Assembly: GCA_964626735.1 (NCBI GenBank)
Contig: CAZVIJ010000004.1
Span: 1-63,328 of the forward strand
Length of the DNA: 63,328 nt
Source of the DNA: an uncultured Candidatus Saccharibacteria bacterium
Lineage (GTDB): Bacteria; Patescibacteriota; Dojkabacteria; JAOAGR01
Direction of reading: 5' to 3'
Shown: positions 16,930-24,576 of the stretch, one piece after another
Numbering within the stretch: the stretch's first letter is position 1
Layout: the number at the start of each line of letters is the position of its first letter
The notes under the pieces: generated by a model
Seen by the model: only the letters and a program-made list of their open reading frames with translations
Told to the model about the DNA's origin: nothing
The model's database searches: none
Program-made: the position numbers and the translations under genes

Positions 16930-18018
16930 ATGAATTTGTCTTTAGGTATTGTCGGGCTTCCGAATGTCGGTAAATCCACACTTTTCAATGCACTCACCAA
17001 ACTTAATGTCTTGGCGGCGAACTATCCGTTCGCGACCATCGATCCTAACGTCGGTATTGTCCCGATTAAGGATCCCCGCCTTGACGAATTGAGCAAGCTT
17101 TCCGACTCGAAAGAAACAATTTACGCCGTCGTTGAATTTGTCGATATCGCTGGACTCGTAAAGGGAGCAGCGTCAGGCCAAGGACTCGGCAATAAATTTC
17201 TCGGCCATATAAAGGAAGTCGGTGCCATAATCCATCTCGTTCGGCTCTTTAAAGACGAAAATGTCATTCATGTAGAGAATAGGATTAGCCCTAATGAAGA
17301 CATCGAAATAATCAATGCCGAACTAATACTTAAAGACTTGGAAACCGTAGCGAAACGAATCGATACTTCAAAGGCATCCCTCAAGGCGAAAAAGGATGAG
17401 AAGTCGGAAGCGTACGTAACGCTCCTCGAGAACATACATCTACACCTCAATGAAGGAAATCTCGCGAATACCTACCCGTTATCGAAAGACGAGCTCGAAT
17501 CGCTCAAGGACCTTGCGCTCATTACGTTGAAGCCGATGATTTACGTCGCCAATGTGGACGAGGATCACCTGTCGATGTCAGAACTAGAGCTTAAGGAAAA
17601 GCTGGGATTGAAAGAAACCGATGTAGTCGCTGCTATAAGCGTCAAGACAGAAAGCGAATTGGTCGCATTATCACCTGAAGAGCAGAAGGAGTTTTTGGAA
17701 AGCATGGGGCTCAGCGAATCGGGGCTCGATAAAATCGCGAGAATCGGTTATCAGACACTCGGTCTTATCAACTACTTCACGACGGGAGAAAAAGAGAGCA
17801 GGGCATGGACGATCAAGAAGGGAACGCTTGCTCCGAAAGCGGCAGGCGTTATCCATACCGACTTCGAAAAGACCTTCATTCGGCTTGAAGTCGTGTCATA
17901 TTCCGACTTTATCGAGTGCGGCTCGTGGGTTAAGGCTAAAGAGAAGGGGAAAATGCGGCTGGAAGGAAAAGAATACGAAGTACAGGACGGAGACGTCGTC
18001 ATAGTGAGACATTCCTAA
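16930..18018 (+). CDS. ychF: Ribosome-binding ATPase YchF
   Basis: GIVGLPNVGKSTLFNALT P-loop, DIAGLVKGAS, and a C-terminal TGS-like region (GVIHTDFEKTFIRLEV). Confidence 0.93.
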   Translation: MNLSLGIVGLPNVGKSTLFNALTKLNVLAANYPFATIDPNVGIVPIKDPRLDELSKLSDSKETIYAVVEFVDIAGLVKGAASGQGLGNKFLGHIKEVGAIIHLVRLFKDENVIHVENRISPNEDIEIINAELILKDLETVAKRIDTSKASLKAKKDEKSEAYVTLLENIHLHLNEGNLANTYPLSKDELESLKDLALITLKPMIYVANVDEDHLSMSELELKEKLGLKETDVVAAISVKTESELVALSPEEQKEFLESMGLSESGLDKIARIGYQTLGLINYFTTGEKESRAWTIKKGTLAPKAAGVIHTDFEKTFIRLEVVSYSDFIECGSWVKAKEKGKMRLEGKEYEVQDGDVVIVRHS

Positions 18019-18133
18019 ACATCAGTTCATGGGCAGTAGCCTGTAATAAACGACATGTAATATATGGCTTTATACCGGGGTAAACACTGTTTTGCGATCG
18101 CCTGGAAAAGTACTAGAATAGCAAGTCTTAATC

Positions 18134-18445
18134 ATGAAGAAACTAAACGACCAAAATTTCAAAGAGGAGACCAAAAGCGGAGTTGTTGTGATCGATTTAT
18201 ATGCCGACTGGTGTAGTCCTTGCAGGGTATTGGCTCCAATTGTAGAAGAGTTGGAAGGGCAATACAAAAGCATTACGTTTGCGAAGCTAGACGTTGACGA
18301 ATCGCCGGTAACGGCTCAAGAGTTTGGAGTCATGAGCATTCCTACCGTACTTATCCTTAAGGATGGCAAGGAAGTAAAGAGAATCGTCGGGTTGTACCCC
18401 AAGTCAGCGTATGTTGATGCAGTAAAAGCTCTCGCTACGGCGTAA
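18134..18445 (+). CDS. trxA: Thioredoxin
   Basis: VIDLYADWCSPCRVLAP (CxxC active site) and MSIPTVLILKDGKEV. 103 aa. Confidence 0.9.
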   Translation: MKKLNDQNFKEETKSGVVVIDLYADWCSPCRVLAPIVEELEGQYKSITFAKLDVDESPVTAQEFGVMSIPTVLILKDGKEVKRIVGLYPKSAYVDAVKALATA

Positions 18446-18479
18446 TAAGCATCTCTCAAACATGGCCCGTTTCTACGGG

Positions 18480-20261
18480 TCATTTTGTTTTCGTCGACAT
18501 GTAAAGCATACCCCGCTCGAATCCACGCTTCTCGTAGTACTTTCGTGTGCCGATTGCCGATATCACGGAAAGCTTTCGATAACCGAGCTCCGCCGCAATA
18601 CGCTTTGCTTCGTCGATTAACTTTGTTCCCAACCCCAAGTGCTGAGTTTTTCCCCTAAGTTTTTGGCCAAGGGAAACAACTTGCCCGTATACATGGACTT
18701 CCCGAATGATGGCGTTATCGCCTAACTCCTCGATAAAAGATTTCTTATCCGGCAAATGCAACCGAAGGTATCCGCAGATCTTATCGTCGCGCTTTGTCCG
18801 GTATGACAGAAAATACTCAGTGCCGGATGACGTCTGGTATGCGATTGTCTCTAACTCTATTTCGCTGAGGGTTATACTCTTCGTTTTGATCTCTCGACAT
18901 CGAATGCATTCGCACGTAAAGCCCAATTCGGCAATCTTCGATTCGGCTATTTGCCTGAAGTTAGTAAGCTTATTGCCTGCGACGATATCGGTCGACGGGA
19001 TGTCGCGAATGATACGCGTTAGACGGTTATAGCGCGGGGTAATCGGTAACGTACGTTCAAAAAGCCTCAACAGCTCTTCAAAGGAATAAGGAGAATATTT
19101 CCCCGAGGTATACAATGAATGCAATTCGGTATTGGCGATTATCGAAGTCGGATAAATCTTCAGCTCATCAGGTCGGTACGGCTCGTCCCAAAGCCTTCGG
19201 TAATCTTCGATATCGTTGTCGACGGTAGAACCGTATAAATTCGGCATCCAATGGGCGTGTATTTTAAAACCTGCACGCCGAAGCAGCTGTATGGCGTTTC
19301 TTGTTTCTTCGCTGCCGTGGCCCCGTTTATTGAGTTGCATGACGGTATCGTCAAGGCTTTGTATGCCAATCTGGATTTTAGTAGCCCCCAATTTCCTGAG
19401 GAACGTTACTTCCTCCTCGTCAAGATAATCGGGGCGAGTTTCGATGACCAATCCCACGCAGCGAATTTGGGCATCCTCATTCAAAGTATGCTGCGCATAC
19501 AAGCTCTCCAACTCAGAAAATTCATCTTTCCTGAAAAATCCCTGATTGTGGTTCACGACGATTGACCCGATGAGCTGATTATACGGTTTGAGTCTTCCCG
19601 TATGGTCGTAGAATTCGACTGCGTTGTCTTTGAAAATATTATTGATACGCGAGCGGATGGTTTCTCGTTGATCGCGTACCCCAAAGTCGTTCATCGCTTC
19701 GAAGCATTTTTCGATGAACCAAATTTGATACTCCCTCGGATAAAATGACCATGTCCCGCCAAGTACGATTAGCTCCGCTTTCTCTACCGTATGGCCAATC
19801 TTTTTCAGTGCCTCCAAGCGATTATATGTCTGGAGATAAGGGTCGAAAGAGTTCATCTCGGCGCGCTGCGCTCCCGGCTCGTCAGCCAAATAGCTCTTCG
19901 GCATGCGAACATCATTTGGGCAAAAAATGCAGGTTCCGGGACATGGATAGGGTTTTGTGAGAACGGTTATCGTAGCGACACCTGAATGAGTACGCATAGG
20001 CTTCATACGGATCCGCTCCTCGATAGCCGTACTCGGAATCCTTCCGAGCTTAACCAAATATCGATAACCCTCAACTAAGTTGTCGCGGGAAAATAATTTC
20101 CCTGGCGACTTCGGGGAGCCTGTAAGTATCTTGTATAGCGAATTTTCTTGCCATACATCGCGTCGCTCCACTTCATCTAAAATTGCGCCGATTGCCTCAG
20201 CATGATCCTCTACCCGAAAGTCGCCCCGCCTCATCGACGCATTATACCAGTGTTGCATCAT
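18480..20261 (-). CDS. elp3: Elp3-family radical-SAM / GNAT acetyltransferase (bacterial Elongator protein 3 homologue)
   Basis: The CPGTCIFCP radical-SAM CX3CX2C motif lies near 19920-19943. FDPYLQTYNRLEALKKIGH and IVLGGTWSFYP resemble Elp3. The C-terminal GNAT region is HLGLGTKLIDEAKRIAAELGYRKLSVISAIGTRKYYEKRGF. Confidence 0.85.
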   Translation of the reverse strand: MMQHWYNASMRRGDFRVEDHAEAIGAILDEVERRDVWQENSLYKILTGSPKSPGKLFSRDNLVEGYRYLVKLGRIPSTAIEERIRMKPMRTHSGVATITVLTKPYPCPGTCIFCPNDVRMPKSYLADEPGAQRAEMNSFDPYLQTYNRLEALKKIGHTVEKAELIVLGGTWSFYPREYQIWFIEKCFEAMNDFGVRDQRETIRSRINNIFKDNAVEFYDHTGRLKPYNQLIGSIVVNHNQGFFRKDEFSELESLYAQHTLNEDAQIRCVGLVIETRPDYLDEEEVTFLRKLGATKIQIGIQSLDDTVMQLNKRGHGSEETRNAIQLLRRAGFKIHAHWMPNLYGSTVDNDIEDYRRLWDEPYRPDELKIYPTSIIANTELHSLYTSGKYSPYSFEELLRLFERTLPITPRYNRLTRIIRDIPSTDIVAGNKLTNFRQIAESKIAELGFTCECIRCREIKTKSITLSEIELETIAYQTSSGTEYFLSYRTKRDDKICGYLRLHLPDKKSFIEELGDNAIIREVHVYGQVVSLGQKLRGKTQHLGLGTKLIDEAKRIAAELGYRKLSVISAIGTRKYYEKRGFERGMLYMSTKTK

Positions 20262-20278
20262 CGTGTATTATCGATAGC

Positions 20279-20995
20279 ATGAAGAGCGAAACGATCGAGA
20301 ATTTGAAATCGATAAACGAAACATTTTATCGAAACGTCGGTTCATACTTTGATAACTCCAGAAACTATTTTTGGGAAGGGTGGGATACCCTATTGACCCA
20401 TGTAGAGCTGCCGCATGAACTCGACGTTCTCGATGTCGGTTGCGGAAATGGTAGGTTCTTCAAGTTTATGGAAAGCAAAGGCTATTCCTGGAGCTCATAC
20501 CTCGGTTTGGATAGCAATGATTATCTGTTGTCGTCGGCGCGGCTAAAATGTTGGAATACACGAGCTAAGCTTAGAAAAATGGACCTCACGAAATTCTATC
20601 TCTATGGAGAAGATCTATTCGATTTGACTGTCGCTTTCGGCGTATTGCACCACATCCCTTCATTCGATGCGAGAATCGAGCTTCTGGTAAAGGTATGCAG
20701 GCATGTAAAAAGGGGAGGCTATCTTGCGGTTTCGTTATGGGACTTTCTTAGCGATCTAAAGCTCTCAAAAAAAATCGTGCCGTGGGAGGAAGTTGGAATT
20801 GAGACAGGGGAACTTGAGCCGAATGACTACCTAGTCGGTTGGGACCGTGGAGTATCTGAAGTTAGATACTGCCACTGGTTTCCTGAAGCTGAAATAGAGA
20901 AAATTATCGAAGCCGTGCCGCTGACGCTTATCTCGCGTTTCGAGGCTGATGGGAAAAATAAGAAAACGAATACGTACCTGGTTTGGAAAAACTAA
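20279..20995 (+). CDS. Class I SAM-dependent methyltransferase, Trm9-like
   Basis: VLDVGCGNGRF (motif I), FDLTVAFGVLHHIPS, RHVKRGGYLAVSLWDF, and N-terminal FYRNVGSYFDNSRNYFWEGW. The start is taken at ATG 20279 because the upstream part of ORF 20183 overlaps elp3. Confidence 0.8.
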   Translation: MKSETIENLKSINETFYRNVGSYFDNSRNYFWEGWDTLLTHVELPHELDVLDVGCGNGRFFKFMESKGYSWSSYLGLDSNDYLLSSARLKCWNTRAKLRKMDLTKFYLYGEDLFDLTVAFGVLHHIPSFDARIELLVKVCRHVKRGGYLAVSLWDFLSDLKLSKKIVPWEEVGIETGELEPNDYLVGWDRGVSEVRYCHWFPEAEIEKIIEAVPLTLISRFEADGKNKKTNTYLVWKN

Positions 20996-20996
20996 A

Positions 20997-21073
20997 TGGA
21001 GCGAGCGATGGGGGTCGAACCCACAACCTTCTCCTTGGAAGGGAGACATTCTAGCCAATTGAACTACGCTCGC
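20997..21073 (-). tRNA. tRNA-Gly (anticodon UCC), with CCA encoded
   Basis: Reverse complement: GCGAGCG TA GTTC AATTGGCTA GAAT G TCTCC CTTCCAA GGAGA AGGTT GTGGG TTCGACC CCCAT CGCTCGC T CCA. All stems pair, and the discriminator is U73. Confidence 0.92.
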
Positions 21074-21130
21074 GCTTTACATTACAAGAACTGACTACGG
21101 ATAGTCGATCGTATTTTCTCAGAACTCCCG

Positions 21131-21826
21131 TTATTTGGCAACATCAACATCGCCAACATACCGTTCGTTAATATACCAATTGACTGCTGAGCCGAAGATC
21201 ATGGTCCTGGCCTGAAATCCCTGAATATATTGTGCGCCCGTATGGCAAAGTTCGCCACGCGCCAAGGCGGCAACGTATTCGAACATCTTATGAGCCAAAG
21301 TATGCCTCACCGTCGTCGTATGCCATTCTGCCGTCATATGCTTAGGCGAACCGTAACGGCAGCCGAAGATAACGTTCGGATCTTGGAACATTCCATTCAT
21401 GAAATATTGCGGTTCTACCCGGGCTGAGACTCGCTGGCGCGAGGGGAGTACGACGGTATTCATCCCGAGGATATCTATGAATCGCTGTTCATCCCGATAC
21501 AGCTCGTGCGGTTCAGGGGATGCGACGCCAGGTCGAGGAGTAAAAAGCGTTATGCTCGAAGGTTTAGCCGGCAACAGACATACGTGGCGGCGAAACGTGC
21601 GTATCGTTTCTTCATCTCGCTGTCCGACTGCGATAGTATGCAACGCCTCGACCAGAGGGCCGGCTATTTCTGGCGATGCGATTACCCGCGTCATGGGGAT
21701 AGGGTCATCGTAGAAGAGTACCCGCTGTACGCAAGGGTATTCGGAAATGCGTAAATCGAAAACGCCAACGCGGTTACCGTTTGGCTCATCGTAGACGATC
21801 GTTGATTGGATATTAGGGTTTTTCAT
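21131..21826 (-). CDS. Hypothetical protein (orphan), last gene of a three-gene operon
   Basis: 231-aa ORF that overlaps the upstream ORF by 14 nt. Its composition is Lys-poor and Arg/His-rich. Confidence 0.55.
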   Translation of the reverse strand: MKNPNIQSTIVYDEPNGNRVGVFDLRISEYPCVQRVLFYDDPIPMTRVIASPEIAGPLVEALHTIAVGQRDEETIRTFRRHVCLLPAKPSSITLFTPRPGVASPEPHELYRDEQRFIDILGMNTVVLPSRQRVSARVEPQYFMNGMFQDPNVIFGCRYGSPKHMTAEWHTTTVRHTLAHKMFEYVAALARGELCHTGAQYIQGFQARTMIFGSAVNWYINERYVGDVDVAK

Positions 21827-22217
21827 TGTTTATAGTAGGTGCTGAAAATCCTTGGCCGCTGAAAATTTCTACCTGGACTTCGACGCTCGGTCTACTCACA
21901 AGTCCCAAGGATCTCCTGAAGTTATGGATCGCGTATTGGAAAACGGGAGTAACGGTTTTCCCGTATAGAATTACGTCAAAGATTGGTCCAAAGCCGAGGA
22001 CATCGCTTGTAAACGTTAAACCTCCAACGCTTATATGCATGTAAGTTGGTAATAGCCACCCCCCTCGGCAATCTATTTCGTCTTCCGTTCGTTGACCTCG
22101 TTTATCGTAAAAAACGGTATTGTAACATTCTTCTTCAAGAATATATCCTGCAACCTGTTTGCTCACCACAGCCTGTTTTTTAGGCATAAATGTTTTGTCG
22201 ACAATTATACCATACAT
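21813..22217 (-). CDS. Hypothetical protein (orphan)
   Basis: 134-aa ORF starting 24 nt downstream of the exonuclease gene stop. Confidence 0.5.
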   Translation of the reverse strand: MYGIIVDKTFMPKKQAVVSKQVAGYILEEECYNTVFYDKRGQRTEDEIDCRGGWLLPTYMHISVGGLTFTSDVLGFGPIFDVILYGKTVTPVFQYAIHNFRRSLGLVSRPSVEVQVEIFSGQGFSAPTINNEKP

Positions 22218-22241
22218 ACCTATAGTGAGAGTTTGGCTTCT

Positions 22242-22832
22242 TCAGAAAAGCCCAAGTCCGCCAGCATCTTCCTGGTACTTTTTCGGCTTCAGCTTCTCAA
22301 GTTCTTCCTCCAGGTCCAGCTCAAGCCGTACCTTATTGCCGAGACCATCGGTATAGAAGAAATGTTTGTTTTTCAGTATATATTCGTACAGATCCTTGGT
22401 GAGCTGGACATCGCTATCGCAGTATTCCTTAAGCTTGTCGAGCTTACCTTCTCGCCAAAACCGTATCGCGTCGAGACCGTGAGCGATCTTTCCTCCGCCG
22501 AGCGTAGATTCGGTAACGTTATCTAGTTTCAGGTAGACGTCGTGTTTCTTGGCTATGATCTGGAAGAGGTCGCATTGGTGATAATCCGAGGCCTTCACGG
22601 GGAAATAACCGTCAAGCACCGGGAAGTCGAATTCAATGGTGTTGAAGCCTACCACTAAATCTGCCTTATCCAAGATCTCCTTAAATTTGGGTACATCTTC
22701 GTCGAAAAAACCGTCGAGCGTATCGGTATCGGAACGATAATAGGCCATATAGGATATGCCAAGCTTTCGGGGATCCCGATCTTCGACTTCGTCGAAAATT
22801 TTTTTTGATTCTACATCGAATACAACGTACAT
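22242..22832 (-). CDS. DEDD-type 3'-5' exonuclease, PolB-exonuclease-domain-like (RNase H-like fold)
   Basis: Exo I: VVFDVES. Exo II: VGFNTIEFDFPVL. Exo III: KEYCDSDVQLTKDLYEY (YCxxDxxxT). Confidence 0.65.
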   Translation of the reverse strand: MYVVFDVESKKIFDEVEDRDPRKLGISYMAYYRSDTDTLDGFFDEDVPKFKEILDKADLVVGFNTIEFDFPVLDGYFPVKASDYHQCDLFQIIAKKHDVYLKLDNVTESTLGGGKIAHGLDAIRFWREGKLDKLKEYCDSDVQLTKDLYEYILKNKHFFYTDGLGNKVRLELDLEEELEKLKPKKYQEDAGGLGLF

Positions 22833-22835
22833 AGT

Positions 22836-23270
22836 TTAGAAATTTATCCAAATAGCGAGTCCTATTATGATCAAAGAGATTATTAAAAGCAATAACCCGA
22901 GACAGCCGTATAAACGTACGAGCGCAGTTCCGATACATCCCAATCCTCCTTGTTTTTCCGTTACGTAAACTACCTCTTGAGATGGGATTACTTGCCCTTG
23001 CATCAATGGAGGAGGAGCTTGGAGCGGCCGCTGGAACTGCTGCGGAGGGAGAGCTTGCTGTTGAGGCACAGGTTGCACTGGAGATTGAACCGATTGCTGC
23101 TGTGCAGCGCTAGCTTGTGGAGATGCATATACCGATTGGTAGATATCGGTATTGAGATTCGCGTCTTCTTCCTGAACTGCATTTTCTTGAGGCGCCGTAG
23201 GATCTGTTTGTGGAATTGCCGGCTGTTGTGGGGAAGCGTTCTGGTTTTCTTGTTTATTCATTGGATCCAT
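22836..23270 (-). CDS. Gln/Pro-rich protein with a C-terminal TM anchor
   Basis: The internal ATG at 23270 gives MDPMNKQENQNASPQQP... The C-terminus is GCLGLLLLIISLIIIGLAIWINF. The upstream part of ORF 23384 overlaps the preceding gene. Confidence 0.5.
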   Translation of the reverse strand: MDPMNKQENQNASPQQPAIPQTDPTAPQENAVQEEDANLNTDIYQSVYASPQASAAQQQSVQSPVQPVPQQQALPPQQFQRPLQAPPPLMQGQVIPSQEVVYVTEKQGGLGCIGTALVRLYGCLGLLLLIISLIIIGLAIWINF

Positions 23271-23946
23271 TGCAGTAGATTTGTTTCTTAATGTATTGTG
23301 CTGATTGAATAATGTTGCTCGTGTAGACGCTCGACTGCGGTGCCGAGATGTCGGGAACCAGATGGATATTGAACATGATCGCAATGTTTTGAGCGCCGGA
23401 ACCGATGTTGGTAAAAATGTAGAAGTCGGACTTGTTCAGTGGCGCGTTGCAGTATGTCGAACGGACAAAAACGCTCGGCACGTTAAGCTCGAAGTTGGTC
23501 GCCACTTTCGCGAACGGCAACTGATTGAGCTTGCCGATATAATCTGCGAGCGATCCGTAGGTATAGTTCTTCTTTTGGGTTTGCATAAACGCTTTGACTT
23601 TCTCGAGCGTCTTCGCGTTGGAATCCGGGGTTGTGCAATATGAGACTGATAGTTCGGGCTTCGTTGCGACCGACTTGGTGACGGTGGCGAGCGTTTGGGT
23701 AAATTGGTTCACGAGCTCGATGGGAGAGTTCGCGCCCAGCGTCTGTTTCAGCTTATCGAATTCGGAATTGTTGGAAAGCGTATCGGAAAGGTTGAATTTA
23801 GTGGCTTGGCATTGGAGCACACCGGTAAGATCGAGCGGGTCGACAGCCTCAACCGACAACGGCCTAACGGCTGCATATCCGATCGCTGCGGTGAGGAGAA
23901 ATCCGAGTGTGGCTAAAATATTGATGAACCAACGAATAATGAACAT
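23254..23946 (-). CDS. N-terminally anchored extracytoplasmic hypothetical protein
   Basis: 230 aa with the TM segment MFIIRWFINILATLGFLLTAAIGYAAV. Confidence 0.55.
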   Translation of the reverse strand: MFIIRWFINILATLGFLLTAAIGYAAVRPLSVEAVDPLDLTGVLQCQATKFNLSDTLSNNSEFDKLKQTLGANSPIELVNQFTQTLATVTKSVATKPELSVSYCTTPDSNAKTLEKVKAFMQTQKKNYTYGSLADYIGKLNQLPFAKVATNFELNVPSVFVRSTYCNAPLNKSDFYIFTNIGSGAQNIAIMFNIHLVPDISAPQSSVYTSNIIQSAQYIKKQIYCNGSNE

Positions 23947-23985
23947 GATGTTTTCGGATCATTATTCACTTTTCTACAGCACATT

Positions 23986-24576
23986 TCAATGAGACATCTT
24001 GTCGACGCACTTTTGAACCGTCGAGAGGAATTCCTGATACGTCTCTTCTTCATCATCCTTCATATTGATGATGAAATCGGCAAGGTGTCTTCTCCTGCGT
24101 TCTTCAATCGCGAACTTGTAGCGACGTTCGTATTCGTCTTCGTCGGGGATATCGTTGCTTTGCTTGAGATATTCCTCCATCGCCTTCGTGTCCTTTACAT
24201 CGACGAATATCGTGCACATCTCCGGGTAGTACCGTTTCAATACGGGCAGGTTGATGATATTTACCTGGGTAAAGACCACCTTGCCCGGATTGCTCTTTAG
24301 GGTCTCGTTGAATTCCTCTTTCGTCTTTCCGAACCGGTAACCGTTCGTTGAAAGCCTTTGCCATTCGATGAACTCTTCATTGTCGATCATTTCGGTGAAT
24401 TTCTCTTCCGTCACGAAATGGAAATCGGTATCCTCGGTTTCGTCGGGAAACTTCGGTCGATCGGTATACGAGATGACTTTTGTGTACCGATCATGTTCGC
24501 GAATAGCTCGTTTAACGATTTCAGTTTTGCGGAATCCCGAAGGCCCCGTTATGGCTATTAAAAATGTTTTATCCAT
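23986..24576 (-). CDS. Guanylate-kinase-like P-loop kinase with a divergent substrate site
   Basis: IAITGPSGFRKTEIV (P-loop), ISYTDRPKFPDE, and FIEWQRLSTNGYRFGKT. The overall layout matches Gmk at 196 aa. Confidence 0.6.
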   Translation of the reverse strand: MDKTFLIAITGPSGFRKTEIVKRAIREHDRYTKVISYTDRPKFPDETEDTDFHFVTEEKFTEMIDNEEFIEWQRLSTNGYRFGKTKEEFNETLKSNPGKVVFTQVNIINLPVLKRYYPEMCTIFVDVKDTKAMEEYLKQSNDIPDEDEYERRYKFAIEERRRRHLADFIINMKDDEEETYQEFLSTVQKCVDKMSH

